The translations under genes and the position numbers were made by a program. Below, piece by piece: positions 30,701 through 45,135 of a stretch of 64,000 nucleotides of DNA. The notes beneath the pieces were generated by a model, which saw nothing but the letters and a program-made list of their open reading frames with translations, had not been told where the DNA came from and made no database searches. This stretch comes from Azolla caroliniana. Taxonomy: Eukaryota; Plantae; Polypodiophyta. The DNA lies in NCBI GenBank assembly GCA_043228905.1, contig JBHGNT010000010.1, positions 21,824,001-21,888,000 on the forward strand, in the 5' to 3' direction. How positions within the stretch are numbered: the stretch's first letter is position 1; every line of letters begins with the position of its first letter.

Positions 30701-32898
30701 CTGAAACATGTATTGGCAGCCCTGCGGTGAAAAGGATTAAATTTTGAGCTTCATTGCATGTTTTTAATTTATATTTTCTTGAACCTTTGATGGATTTTTT
30801 GTGTTCTCTTAAATTATATCATCTGAATTTACTACATGTGATGTTTTATTCACAGGCTCTCTATATATATGGTTTGGGTGTTCCCTTATTTCTTACAAGA
30901 GATGTTCTAGGTGATAACGAGAAATGGACATTTTGGCTAATAAGGAACTTACTTTTTGTGGGAGCTTACCTTTTTATTCTTATCTTGCCTCACACCAAGT
31001 GGCGAGATAGATTACCAGGTAAAGTCATAGGTTACCATGTAAGCTACCTTAAACTTCCTCGATTGGTTAACCATTATTTATGATCTGACATTACAACACT
31101 GCTTTATATTCTTCAATATAATGAGTACTATGATTTTGAGGGCATCATTCTGGTACTTCAAAAAGAAGCAAAGTACCAAGCAACTAAACTCAACATAGCA
31201 TGTTCTTATATTGAAACTTGATTTAATATATGCCTTGAAACTTGATTGAAAGCAATCACAAATGCACGTGCTTGAATAAAAACCTGGTACTGTTCAAAGT
31301 TGTGTTATTTGTGGCATCAGAGAAATTATGCTCCTTCAATTATATCTATCTATTTCCAATGGTAGATTAGTTACAACCAATCTATTACAGCTATATTGTT
31401 AATGCTAAGTGGCAGTTTTTCGCATGCCCTACATCTAGGAAAAATATGAAACTGGCGAGATCATTTTAATTTCATGAAGAAGTGATCTACTCTAGAAAAG
31501 CTTCTTCTATAGAAGTTTCACATCCATCTTGGCAGCCCAGAAGACCTGATTGATGAGAAGAGCAAACTGTTTGGAATGGGAACACAATAGATTATGCCAA
31601 ATATGACTTTTATAATTGAATGAGGTGTTGAAATCTTAAAAATATGTTTCATATTTATTTCACTGGCCACTTTTTTGCAGCACGCCCATCTTTTTATCGC
31701 TATGTTATGGTTCTCTTCATACTGAATCTACTATGTGCAGTTGGTGACACTCTTATATGCCTCGGAGCTGATTTTGGTTACTGGTGTGCTTCATTTTTTC
31801 ATTTGTAGTTATCTTATTAATGTTGAAATGGATTCTTTAACTGACCATGCATTTTTCTTGATTTAGCTTACATGGGCTTTCGACATTTTTCTACAATGGG
31901 TTTTATCCAGCACTTCTCTATGCTACCTTCCTTTTAGACTACTTTCTTGTAAGTATATTAAATATAATGAAATAGACATCCTAATTTGATAAGAAAGTAA
32001 CTTTTCCCTCGGAATTTAAAAAAATTTTAAAAAAAGTTTTACTTCTGGAAGTCGTGATCTCCTAAGAGTGGGGTCCTATTTAGGATCTGCATCACTAGAC
32101 TCTTTCTTGATTTTTGTTTTTAGTTTTATACAAGATTTTGTAATAGTTGGTCTGTAGACTTTGTATTTCCTTCAGAACCCATGTGTCAATGGTGATTGGA
32201 TTGCACACACAATTATAGTTAGCATTGTTTCTGTGGAAGAAAGAAGAAATGTATCTAGCACTTTTACGGTCCAAAATTATATAGAGGTTATACAGTCAAT
32301 GTTTAGTCGGGCAGAGAACTTCATACCTTGCCCATCCCCTGGTGTTGCTGTTAAAACAATCAACATAAGATTGTTTCTTGCCAAAACTATATAGAGGTTC
32401 TGCAATCAATGTGTTTAGTCAGGTGGAGAATTTCATACATACACATACCATGACATTGCTGTTAAAAGAACTGCAATGTGAAACCCTGAAATGTTTAATT
32501 GAAAACAGAAGATTATTTCTGATTGCTGGTGATTTCTAATGATATATATACTATACCTAGGTTATATATAATGTAAATGTCATACAAATATATGATACGT
32601 CTGTTGTATTTAGAGTGATCGTGATAATTTCTTCGAGATTACATCCTTCTTGTATGTATCATACCGAGTAAACCTAATTGTACACACTGCTTTCTTGGTG
32701 ATTGTTTTCTATTTTAACCAATGATCTACTAGGATTGAGCCACACCAAATTGCTATATTCATCCATTGCTTGACAGCATACTGAAATGTAATTTTTGTTT
32801 GTGAATATTTCTTTTAACTGCAGGAAGATGATGTTCATCTCGATGATATATACTATTCAGAGATGAAAGATGCAGGATATTTTGATACCTGGGATTGA
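27711..32898 (+). CDS. CAND2: CAND2/PMTR1-like candidate GPCR (TPRA1/Tmemb_40 family 7TM protein)
   Basis: Exons 27711-28010, 30069-30257, 30856-31018, 31681-31783, 31867-31948, 32824-32898. Motifs: GRSYVMATYYGFLWAVSLLNLVW, LEVSVVVFL, WRDRLPARPSFYRY and the C-terminus EDDVHLDDIYYSEMKDAGYFDTWD*. Confidence 0.9.
28115..28387. mobile_element. hAT-type MITE (273 bp) in CAND2 intron 1
   Basis: The 8-bp direct repeat cttggaag lies at 28107-28114 and 28388-28395. Imperfect TIRs: catagtatg / cgtattatg. Subterminal palindromes: cattcgcatttgcgaatg and cattcgttttcc..ggaaaacgaatg. Confidence 0.75.
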
Positions 32899-34040
32899 CA
32901 TGCTACAGAGTTTTCTAGGGGAGTACGTGACTAAATATAAAGTCTACTGTATATTAGCAAGAAAGCCATAGGTCTCCATGTTCTTGCAGTTCTGGTGCAT
33001 CAGTCGGTGATGTTTTTCCTTGTTTATAGATACTTACCCCGGCTTCTCATATCAGTTAGTAATATGATGAGGTGATGCTGATGCATATGGAGTGAAATGT
33101 TATCTCCACTTCTCTATGGAATGCATTTTTTCTTTTGATGTTAGATAGGAAAGCAAAATTTAAATTATTTAAGCTAATCAGCTAAATTTTACAGTTTGAA
33201 AAAAAGTGTGTGCCTGTTTTGAACCTTATTTATGCAGAAGATGACCGTTTGACCAGATCAGTTAAAGTGCATAGATATCTTTTGGTCCAGTACTGAAATA
33301 ACCCTGTAACTGTAACATTGAGAAATTACTGAGGGATCCATATTTATAAATCCAAACACACTCATAATGCAGTTAAGAGTGCTGCTATATTCTTGGTGAA
33401 ATGGAATCTCTATAAAGTTACCAGAAAAAGCTGGCTTTTCATCATTGTGTAGCTTGTGACCGTGAGTTGCCCAGTTATATTATACTATATATTCTTGAAT
33501 TAACTATTAGAAAATATAATCTAATAATGCTTGAAGTCTGACTTTTTTGGTTGTGCTACAACTTAAATGGATATGTTCGACCATTTGTTTTATGTTTATT
33601 TCTTCAAGCTTTGCTAGCTCCATTTTTGGTATGTGGGTTCCAAACTCTGGAAGACAAATTTTGGACTATGGGAAATATATCAGTTTTGTATTTTGTCTGC
33701 TTACGTTTTTATGTACCAATGTACTGTCTGCTAGTCTCAAAAAGCATGTTGAAGTTTGTTTGTGCTCCATTCTTTGATTTACTCGTCTCAGATAATATGG
33801 CAACTAACTAAAAGTGAAGAATTTGGCAATTGTTTGTACCCATCTTTGTTTTAGGTAAATGCCAAAACCTGTTTGTAGCCTCTTTTCTTGGTATGAATCA
33901 CTGAATATCACCTCATCAGGAATTACCAGGTTAACCATAACCTGTAATAGTGATGCAGATGTCTTTCTTGTTAATACCTGCATAGTATGTAAATAATCTA
34001 ATAGAAACTCATATAATGGAGAATCTAGAAAATTCAAAGA

Positions 34041-34302
34041 TAACCAGGCTCAATTACACAGCTTTTTAGTGAAACTTACCTGGGCTATGTTTTCTGTTAT
34101 CATTTGGGAATCGGAGGGGCCATTACTTCCTTCCAGCTAACAATATTCAGCAACATTTTACCACACGCTTGGTAACCAGGCTCAATTATGCAGTTTTTTA
34201 GCAAAACCTACCTGGGCTAAGCTTTCTGTTATCATTTGGGAATCAGAGGGGCGACCACTTCTTCCAGCAAATAATGTTCAGCAACAATATACCACATGCT
34301 TG
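34041..34302. repeat. Tandem duplication of a ~131-bp unit (2 diverged copies)
   Basis: taaccaggctcaatta...tttctgttatcatttgggaatc...taccaca.gcttg starts at about 34041 and 34173. Confidence 0.85.
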
Positions 34303-36574
34303 TTATTGCACTAATCTTGGGACATCTATTGCACTAATTTTTGGTACACTAACCTTTCCTCACATTTTTGAGCTAATGCCACGAGTGTAGTGGATGTTTC
34401 ATGAACCTGTTAGCTGCACACTTGGATAGACATTAGCTGCATGCTAGACATGCCTGAGCTACACATTGGAAATGTATGTGAACATTATCTACATTATTCT
34501 TGGACTCTAGTATTGGGTTGAGACAAAAAATATGAAGATGATTTGATGTACAAAATAATGAGATATTCGTGAAATAGAAAAAGTAAAGTAAGAGGGTGAA
34601 AAATTAATGAAAAGGATATTGGAGTGTTCCATAATTAATAATGTTTAAAGGTTTTTATTATATGCTCTATCTAACAAATGTGTATGGAGAGGGCGAAAAC
34701 TTACAAAATATAGGGTTATCTCTACTCGTTTTTCCAAAACATTTAATTTTCCAACATTATACATACTTCCGAGTTCTCTGAATATTTAGGAAGACAAACA
34801 AAGCAACATTAAGGAGTGGGGAGAATCCATATTTCTGATGGTTGTAAACATCCATTCTCAAGTTATGAGGCTTGTAATAAAAATGCTTACTCTTGTGAGC
34901 ATGTCGCATATGTATTTGTCTAGACACTAGATGAAATGCACAATGAGTGTTACAAGGCAATGCCACAAAATTTTCTCATGTAAAAATGAAAGATAATGTG
35001 GGTTCCCAAAACTATGGCTAAATGGTATTGAAAATAAGAAAGAACTCTGTTGTCATGAGGTTTTTCATTACGCTTCCATTACTAAGGTATGTCAGAGCAA
35101 AACTATGCACATAACAATCTCTTTTGTCTATTATTGAACATGGGATAGAATTTGAGAATAAGTTGTAGGTTGGTGGACATCCATATGGGCATAGTGTTGT
35201 GCAATAGGCTTATAGTCATTCTTAATGTCTACATGCATTCTTACTTGAGAAATGTTAGGTATGGAATGTTGTTTGTGTGAGGGTGCGGTCGATCCGTATT
35301 GGTACAAGTTCTATAATTGATTTCAATGTTTGTCTATAGCTTGTACCATATTTTGTATCCCAACTTCTAGGATATACAGAGGGGAGTACATTTTATGATA
35401 ATCTCACCAAAGCCTTAGCCCTAAAATAGGCTTTAATTTGCTCTTCTAGGAGACATATAACTAACTACATATGGTTTATGATATTGGGGATACAAACTTA
35501 TATTTTGAAAGTAACAAAGTTTAAATGTTGATTCCCTCAAGAAGTGGTTGTTCTCAACAAAAATATAGATACACAATTTGGTTTTAATAGCTTGTTATGT
35601 TTATAACCAATCATATCGGTCTACCCAAAATTTTCATATATGTTATAATTCTAGGTTCAAGGACCATTAAAATACTATAAACATTGAATTAAATCACCCA
35701 TGCTAATGTAGGTCCCTACAAGATTAATTTTGTTTTGATGACATTATTGGTATTTACGAACGGTCATTCCTATGGGATTCTAATTCAAAACTCATAATTA
35801 ATTGCAATTCTAGTGTAGAAGACAATTTTCAATGCAATTGCCCCCTTTTGAAATTAGTTTTTTAGGCACGCTTTCTTTTGAGAAAATCTTGTTTGACAAC
35901 ATGAAAGGATGTTTAGGATATAATTTCTAGCTGAGTGCACTAACTATAACAACTTTGAAACTTTTTATGGATGGAGTAGGTCTTGATTTTGTATTGGAGA
36001 TACTGGTATGGCTTCAAATAGTGTGTACTAGTAATCTATAGGTGTTGAAAAAGTGACAAAGGCGCCATTCTTATTTCCGAGACGCAATAGGGAGCCTACA
36101 ACAATGCTTTGGGGGTTGAGAATTTTGGAAAGAGAGGAAGAATTACGAGACTAATATTTCTTGTGTTCAACTATGTTTTATAATGTTTTTGGGTTCAAAT
36201 AAGTACATATGGTACTGTCATTCTCAAGCCATTTAATGTTTATACATGCATCTTGTCACACGAGAAGTTCTCGGATTTAAACAGTTCATATACAAATTTG
36301 CACAAGTAGTGATGTTCTTAGGTAATGTTTGAATGAAGTGGAAACAAAGTGTTGAGTTTCTTTCACAATTCATTTTTTTTTGTTTTGTTGGGGAGGGGGT
36401 TTGTTGAATGTTTATGGTGAGGCAACATATACATATATAAATTGGCGTGGATGTCCCTTTCATGGTCATGCTGATCGATGCTCGCTTTTGTTCTTTGGAA
36501 GTGAAAAAAGGCATCCAATCTCGATCCGCATGATGTCACGAGGACGAGATGGATGGGTTAGGAGGGGAATATAC

Positions 36575-36870
36575 AAGTGTAATATATATATATATATATA
36601 ATGTAAGATGGTTAGGGTCATGAACGTGGGGGAGGGGTTGCATGTCAAAAAGATGGGAATCAAGACTCTCACTCTTTCTCTTTCTCTTTCTCTTTCTCTT
36701 TCTCTCTTTTTAAGGAAAAAACAATGGTGCATGCATGCATGGGTTAGTTGGTTAAGAAGAAGTAGATGATGATCATGATGAGGTTTTGGAAAAAAGAGGA
36801 GGGTGTGTGTGTGTGTGACATGGGATGAGGGGTGTGCGTGTGCATATAATTTTATACATGGGAATATATT

Positions 36871-36929
<59 letters not shown>

Positions 36930-37067
36930 TTTTTGGGGAAGCGGAAAGGGAACAAATTCCTTTGTGTGGACACATCTCTGAAAAGTTTAATACAACACAC
37001 ACACACACACGATATACATATACATAATATATACACTGTTACACATATATACATTACATAATATATA

Positions 37068-37103
<36 letters not shown>

Positions 37104-37226
37104 TGTATATAATAATATATGCATAATTTAGGGTTCAAAGAGAGAAGGGGGCGTTATAAATTATAATGTGTGTGTGAGTGGGATATGAAAGAGAAAGAGG
37201 TTGTAGTAGAAATGCCAAGACTCTTC

Positions 37227-37273
<47 letters not shown>

Positions 37274-37600
37274 CTCTCTCTCTCTCTCTCTCATATGAAC
37301 GAACGAGCAGCAGAGCTTCTCGATTACGCTTCTTCTTCGTCTTCATCTTCATCTTCATCTTCATCTTCTTCCATCATCATCATCTCCTCCTGCTTTTTTC
37401 CATCTTTTTTTGTTTGTTTGTTGGGTTGGGTTGGGTTGGGTAGGTCATCATCACTTTATCACCATCACCATCGCCATCGCCATCACGTAAAAATACAACA
37501 AAATATCGCATACACATAACATCCATCCATTTACATACATACACATACATATATGATATAGACATACATATACATATTTGTGTGTGTATAAAATTGGGAC
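36575..37600. repeat. Microsatellite-dense promoter/5' region of the SMR gene
   Basis: (AT)n, (GA)n, (CA)n, (TATG)n, (TC)n, (TCATCT)n and (TTGGG)n tracts occur within about 1 kb. Confidence 0.85.
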
Positions 37601-37790
37601 TTTTTTGGGTGGCTTCTCTCTCACGCTCCCCACACACGATTTGTGCCTTCCCCCCCCCCCCTTTCCACTCTCTTCTCTCCTGTCTCTATTAAGAACCCCC
37701 TCTCTCTTTCTCTCTGTGTGTGTACACCTCCTGCATCCATCCATATTCTGTCCATTGAATTACATACACTTCATTATCGATAGATGTGGT

Positions 37791-38488
37791 ATGGACATCG
37801 GTGATGATCATCTACCTCATACTAATGGTGATGATGATGATGATGATCATCATCATCATCATCATGAGCAGCAGAAGCAGAAGCAGAATCAGAAGCAGAA
37901 GCAGCAGCAGGAAGATCATGATGAAGGAGGCGGCGGCGGTGGCGGAGATTCAGCAGATGCTTCCCTTCCTCATTTGGCCCCCACCAAATGTGGGGCAGCT
38001 ATGGAGGATCTCCTCCGTCTACGCTCCATCTCGGCTCACCTCCGCCCTCTAAAGAGATCCTCCTCCTCCTGCCCACACCAATCCCAACCGTCTGACCTTC
38101 ATGTAATTTCATCACCTACCTATTTGTATGCATCATTTCATCAATCACAAAAATTGGAGTCGTCTGCATTCACTTCCTATTAACTCTCTCTCTCGGATTA
38201 GTCCTAGTCCTAACCCCAACCCTAATCCTAATAATAATGGCAATAAGTAACAGATTCAGCTTTAATTTTGACCCCATAGCGCTGGCTTCAAATTTTACAC
38301 AGTCCAGGAGGATAGACAAGAGTACAGTTACTTGATTGCACCAATGTAGATCGAATTGATGACCTGCCCGGCAGTAACTAGGATCGAATTATTGTTGTTT
38401 TTTCGTTGTTATAATTGCGCATGGTGATGATAGGTCTAGTATTGAATCATCATCCATAGATTCGTGATCTTCTTTCTTCCCATATATA

Positions 38489-38523
<35 letters not shown>

Positions 38524-38952
38524 GAATTGAAATGAATTGATTCCTGTAATTAGTTGTAGTCGTTAATGATGCAGGATTCTGAAGTATCCAGAATATCTGG
38601 GGTGGATGATTGTGTGACACCTACGGGGCCAGAATCTCGAATCCCTGACGCAACATCATGCCCACCCGCCCCAAAGAAGAAGCGTCGGCCATCCAAAGCG
38701 ATCGCACGTGCTATCATTCGCCCTAATTCTACCAATAACAGTAACAGATCGTTGATCAATGCTTCCGATGATGCATTATTATTGTATTTATCCCATAATC
38801 AGATAACCAATAATAATCCATCCATTACCAACAATCCATCCACATTCAGTAACAATCTATTTCCTCTCCATAATCGTCGTCATCATCACTATCATGGAAG
38901 GTTAATTATTTCTCATGAATCAGTCGACATCCAGTCCCTCTTCAAGAGTTAA
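37791..38952 (+). CDS. SMR: SIAMESE-RELATED (SMR) cyclin-dependent kinase inhibitor
   Basis: Exon 2 (38575-38952) carries the SMR motifs CVTP...RIP, SCPPAPKKKRR and C-terminal DIQSLF. Putative exon 1 (37791-38102; donor GTAATT, acceptor GCAG) joins in frame. An alternative start exists at ATG 38566. Confidence 0.75.
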
Positions 38953-39738
38953 CTCGAAATCACTTATGATATTATGCCTCAGTTTTTTTTTTATTACTGT
39001 AGATTAACATACGAGAAGAGACAATCCATCCTGAATACTACGCTCCTGCTCCTGCTGCAAAGAGAGAATTATAATAAATGTCCACAATTGGACGGTGACA
39101 TGACGTCGAAGGCTGGCCCTGATTTACTGTAACTATAGAATTAATTCATTTGCAACAAAGATTTGTATTTAGACCTAACAATGTTAATTGATTAATTAAT
39201 TAATCAATCAATCAAGAAATGAGAGACTCTCAATCAGTGAGAGGCAATTAAAGTGCTGATGCACCCATACATAATCTGAACCAATACATGAAATGTTGGA
39301 TTAATATTCATATGACTGAGAATAGTTAGCTAAGATCATCTTATACAGAAGGCGATTATTAGTGGAAATCATGGATGCTTGCATTATATAAGGTTTAAAT
39401 TGTAAATAAGACGAGAGGAATGGAATGGATGTGATTAAATTAATAATGGCGAGATAAGGAATTATGGATGATGCAAATGATTATGGAGAAGAATATGGCA
39501 ATTGGGAAGAAAAAGGACCTGGAATGAAGTAAGATGGAGTTCCATCGGAAGTGGGCCATATCAGTGTAACATATAATATAGACACACACAGAGACACATT
39601 GTGAGCTTTTAGAAGTTGTGTGTGTGTAAAGGCTTCATGGATTTTGTGGAGTTTTTAGTAGTAGTAGACTACTACCTGTAGTTCTTTTATAACACATTCA
39701 CACCTTTCCTCTTCTTCTTAGTGTAACACACACACACG

Positions 39739-39771
<33 letters not shown>

Positions 39772-41819
39772 ACGCACGCACACGCACACGCACACACACA
39801 CATACATAGGGACGGTCGGTCGGTCGGTCGGTCCCATATGCTTTGGTACACGGATCCACCATAGGTAAATAGACGGCGTCTGCTCTTACCAAAGTACTTT
39901 CACCGGAAAAATGCATCGCCTTTTGCCAATGTATGTATGTATGTGTGTATGTATTCCTCGTATGGCACAAAGTCACGGCTCGAGAATGTTCTAATTTCCC
40001 ATCCATCTAGTCTTTATGTCATAACTTGTAAAGCTTGAGGTGCAACGTCGCATACTTGTCGCCACGGGTCACAGCCTTAAATGGAGAACGATAAGACTCT
40101 GACTTAGATATATTATTGCAATCACATTTATCATTGTGCACCAGGGTCCAAGGGGCAATATATCATGGAATCAAGGTAAAACAATGAAGGCATTCACACT
40201 CCCCCCAAAAAGGTGTGGGGACCGAAGCTTACTTATGGGTTAAGCTCCCTACCACGCTCTCAATGGGGTGTGAAGCTTATGGGTTAGGTTTCCTATGATG
40301 CTCTCAACGGGGAGTGTTGTAACTTATAACGAAGCCTTTTTGTTGTGTTCTTCAAGAGCATAAGTGGAAGAAAGCATGTCCTTTCTTTCCTAGAAGAGAA
40401 GGAAACTCTACAATATAGTCGGATAAAAAAACTCGGGGCACGTTGTAGTAACTCGGTTGACCTCAATTTTGAAACCTTTACTCACACACTCTCAATTCTA
40501 ATTCCATGTGGCCTCATGTGCAAATTGAGTAAGTTCATAACTAATTTCAATATGGACCACCTTAAGAGTTTTGCCTTCCTTCGATGTTATAATAACTTCT
40601 AATCACATTCATTCACTCATTACCATTTGAGCGGATGCCATCATTTTGTGGACTCTCGATAACCATAAATCCTCCCCATGTGGATGCTTTGCTAATAACG
40701 ATTCTTCCTGTTCTAATTAGTGAGTTAATGAGAGGCTACAAAACTCGTCACCTCAACAACTATTTGAAAGAGCGACAAACATAAAACCAAGTTGATCTGC
40801 ATGAAAGACACATTGGAATGGGGGATTTGAAATCCCCAATTATTGAAAGCCACATTGTAGACATACAAAGTTGGCCACTCTTGGGCTGGTTACAAATACA
40901 AGCGACAATGTCATTTATCAACAATAACAATCATGGAATTTTGACAACTAGGATGAGATTTTGGATTCCTAAAACTTATACAAGTCTTTAGTCTATGATA
41001 TAGAATTTGGTAACTATGCATATTTAAGTGACCCCTCCTTCACCTTAGGTTCATTGGACATTTGTAAGAAAGATGTGTCTGGCCACACCACAAACAAACT
41101 TATTAACCATAAGTTAATTTACAAGCATGAGTTGATGGCAAAGGGGATTATGAGGGAATGGGGATTTAGGGCCCATAGCATGGTGACAATGTGAAGATCC
41201 GGAGGTACATTGCTCTTCCATTCGGAGCTAAGGGGCTTATTTAGATTAGATGGTATCGATTTGGAGTTTACGCCTAGAAGATTGAGTTAAAAAACAAATG
41301 CGATTTGCACAATGTCACTAGAACATAGTAGGCATCACTTTATTACTTGCCCGATGTCAAATATCTACTCAAAGACACAAACATCCCTCTCCACCTCCTC
41401 TTCTTCCTATGTTTTTCGTGAGTAGGACAACATGGTATTGCAAAATAATTAAGCCTAGGAAGGGAGAAAAGTTTCTAGATTAATTGAGTGCCCAGTCATA
41501 TATTTCACTTTTTACCTACATGCTCAGAAAAGTCACATGAGCTCTAGAAGATGCCACATGCTCCAAAATATGGCTTATAAAGGTATGTCACGTGTGTTAC
41601 AAAGGAGGGGGGAATAATCATGCTATGATACAAGAGGGTACATTCTAGTTTCTAGGATGTATATAGTCTTGTATCCCTTGAGCTCTAAGGACTCTCGAGT
41701 CCAAACCCTCTATCCCTCAAACACAACCTCCAACATGCTAAGTTCATTTCACTAAATTCCTTAATTAGCTTCCATTTTTGTGGCAACTAATATTTGCATG
41801 AAGCAAGCTCAAACACAAC

Positions 41820-42960
41820 AATATGGTCCCCAATCATTGTGTTTACATGGCATTTGAACAAGATCTAGATTTAGTAGGAACCAACCATGATTTAGACCAT
41901 AATATTCTAAAACAAGAGCCTATCTTAAATGTGAATTGGTCAAGATCATGGGCCATGAGCCTCATCCCTTGGATGAAGCTTAAATTATGGGCAATGAGAA
42001 TTGCTTTACTATGTTTGGAAGCCTAATTTAGAATAAGGTTTTGGAATCGTAGTTCGCTAAGAAGTGAAGACCATTGACCTTGCATGTAATCAATGTGCAA
42101 GTAATGGTGACGTATAGTAGCATTTTATGGTCTTGCCATGACCTAGATGCAACTTTGAGGCCTGCCAAGAAGCTTACCCATTCTTTGATTGTGAAGATGA
42201 TTGCTACCAACTCCATGCTATACATCCAACATTGGATGTCCAAAGAAGTGTGGACTTCTAAGAAAAGAACGAAATGGGGTTCAAGAGTTCATGATCATTT
42301 TATCGGGATATGATAGCATGAAGGGCAAAGTCAGACGCATATGTTTCCATGATAAAGGGATTGGTTGTATTGGAATGACGAAGGATAGTGGCCAAGATGA
42401 ATAACTTCTTGAGAGTTTTGAAAGCTAGTCTTGCTTAAAAAGTCCAATGAAAAGACTACATCTTATGGGTTAGAAGCTACTAGGAAATGTACAAGTGTCG
42501 AAAAGCTTGGATGAACTATTGTTAAAAGTTTGCAAAAACTTAGCAAGGATTGAACATCATTTCATGTGGGTTGGAGTCTCCCAATGTTGGGGTCATTACA
42601 ACTTCCTCTCATCCATCTGATGCCCTTAAGAAATAGGACATAGCCGAGGAAGGTTGGGGATTCGATAAACCCAAATGTCATTGCCACATATGTGTAATTC
42701 ATGTAATGGACAAAGTCATTCACATTGATATTGACCTTCTCGTCCAAAGGTGTGAGTGAAGCTCGTGGATCAAGGAAAAGTAAAGGATATGGATTCTGCC
42801 ATGGTCCAAGAACTGAAAGTGGACTTCAAAGCTGCAATTACCCCAAATTCTCTTGTGGACATTATGATGATGGGTGGTGACATTATTGGTGTGGCGGATT
42901 AGGCCAAGCCATTTTGCATGTACACTTAGGCCAACGTGAGTAAGTTCGGAGGGACTTGAG
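41820..42960 (-). mobile_element. Highly decayed Ty3/gypsy pol remnant (RT and RNase H)
   Basis: HYMNYTYVAMTFGFIESPTF resembles the RT motif HYEY.VMPFGL.NAP.TF. ELVAIIFTIKEW...QDHKML resembles the RNase H motif ELLAIV....W...TDHK.L. Confidence 0.6.
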
Positions 42961-43349
42961 CTCCGGGCCGAGAAAAAGAAAGCTCGGAAGTGGGAGGATT
43001 AGATAGAGGAGGTGGCTAACAATCCAACACTATGTCATTGGAGGTGAATCATGAATGATACAAGGCCCACAAAATATAGAGAAAAGGAGCAATCAATGCA
43101 AATGAAGGAGAAGAAGAGCCACATTTCCTTCCTTCCTTCCTTCAAAGTGGCCATTTGTATGTATAAACCCACATACATACATATGTTACATGTATATAAA
43201 TAAACTCACACATATAGAAAGAAACTCAGAAAAGAACATGAGTCCATGAAGACAGAGAGAGAGAAAGAGAGAGTTGAGTGCGATCATCTATGCACCCTGC
43301 AAACACAGTTAGGGCAAGACGAAGAAAGAAGAAGAAAAAAGAGAGAGAA

Positions 43350-45135
43350 AAGAATGGTGTTGTGCACGAGAAGAAGACTATGAGTTGCTTTCTGCTGTGC
43401 ACACTTTCCACCCTTTTGATTACTGTCCTTCAGATGACCTTCCATATCGAGGTCAAAGAAGATTTGAAGCGTTGTGCTCCCTTAATCCTTTCCTTTTGTG
43501 ATTAAGCCCTCCCTTATCCTTTCGTTTTGATCCCCTAATTATACCCATTATCCCCGTCTTCTGGTTATGCCTCTGTATGAGAAGCGATTTTCCTGCCTGT
43601 TATTTCTATGTATATTCTGAATACGGTTTTAATGTGTAGCGAGGAGCAAGAGTTAATTGCGTTCTTATGTTCTCTCTCATCAATTTAATGCTTTCCTTGC
43701 TTGTAGCCTTTGTTTTATGGGAAACATTCCTTGAATGACCAAAGATTGTGTGCAGCAGGCAAATTATGTTGGCTCTACACTTGCGTTCCATTCTGATCTA
43801 CACTTCGCATTCCGGATCCGAGGTCTACTATGCCTTGAAAAACTTGCTTTCCATGGTGACACCATGCATGAATTTAGTATATTTGATTACATCGGTGATT
43901 GATTGTACCAGTTCTTTTCAAAGTTATTTCCGTTTTAAGGTTAAACCAATCAATCATCCTACTTTTAAATAGACCCTGAATACATTTTGTCCGGTGTTGG
44001 TTGGCTGATTCTATGACGAAGAGCTCTCCATATCAATTTTCAGAAGCAGCTCCGTGCCTACATACAGATTGTAGAATATATGATCCGGATTTTGTTATTG
44101 CCAATCAAGGTACCCCGGCAGATAATCTCAAGAAGGGGACCAAGAAAGAGCTAATGGAAGAAGTCATTAAAGATAACAGGGGAGTTTTTAATACAAACAT
44201 TGAGAACAAAGTCGAGAAAGTTGTAGCTATATGGACTACAAACATGGAGCATTACAGCGATGTGTTTACTGGATCAAATGACACCCAGAAGGATGAATCT
44301 GAGATTCTCCCTTAACTCTCTATGCCCTTGCATGCATCCATGAAAATGTGTAACGTTTCGGTAAGGGTTTATGTATAGTTATATAACATTTTTATCTTGC
44401 AAGTGGAACACTAAGAATCTGTGGTACCTTTTCCTTTATCCTTTCTTCTCTTTTCTTTTTAATAATGATTCACTCTTGTATGTTGTGGGCAGGTGACTCC
44501 AACACAGCCATGGATGAGTATATATCAGAAATGTTCATCGGGGATAAATCACTAACGTTGTGCACAATACAGGCTAAGTCCATCTAGTGTCAGCTCACCT
44601 CATTCTTGACCTGGTTATTCTTGCAGAATCCTTCATGCGGATGGAGTTAAAGAGATAGGGAGAGGTAAATGCAGGTGGTCCTAGCACATCAATTCTTAAA
44701 CTTAAAAATTTTCCCCTTTGCTTTGTTTCCCTGAGTGTTTCTTCTTGTTTTTTAACTTTTTTCATGGCTATGGCATTCATGTATAAACTCTTCTTGCCAA
44801 TGGCGTTCATGTATAAACTCTTCTTGCCAATGGCATCAATGCTTAGAAAATGAGTTTCATAAATTCCATTCGGTCACAACTCTTCGGAGCTATTTGCCGG
44901 AAGAAGCACACTGATGGTAAATAGTTTGAATTGATTCTCTGCATATTTTGGTGTGCCTGTTACTACATATTTATCAATGTACTATTTGGAAGATTCCTTT
45001 TGAAGTCGGTGTAATATTGCTCTCTGTGGGGACAAAAGCGATGGAAATCCTCTAGGAAAACAAAGAGCATCGTTGAAAAACATATTGACAGCTTAGATTG
45101 GGTCGGCCCTACGGGAAGAATGCTACAAGTCTCAT
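43350..45135 (+). pseudogene. MIPS: Inositol-3-phosphate synthase (MIPS/INO1) unprocessed pseudogene
   Basis: Collinear fragments: QANYVGS, GSEVYYALKNLLSM, LADSM, FQKQLRAY, IYDPDFVIANQG...KGTKKE...KVEKVVAIWTTNMEHYS...KDESEI, GDSNTAMDEYISEMF, LILDLVILAE, FHSVTTLRSYL and KQRASLKNIL. It has frameshifts, stops, deletions and intron-like spacers. The 5' boundary is approximate. Confidence 0.85.
44771..44836. repeat. 30-bp tandem duplication
   Basis: tggc(a/g)ttcatgtataaactcttcttgccaa twice, plus a partial third copy. Confidence 0.9.

Noticed and set aside
33029-33045. U1 snRNA-like start (atacttacc)
   Set aside because: The match ends after 9 nt, with no further U1 structure or USE/TATA promoter.
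36466-37744. Numerous overlapping ORFs (YIYIY, ERERE, THTHT)
   Set aside because: These are translations of microsatellites, not genes.
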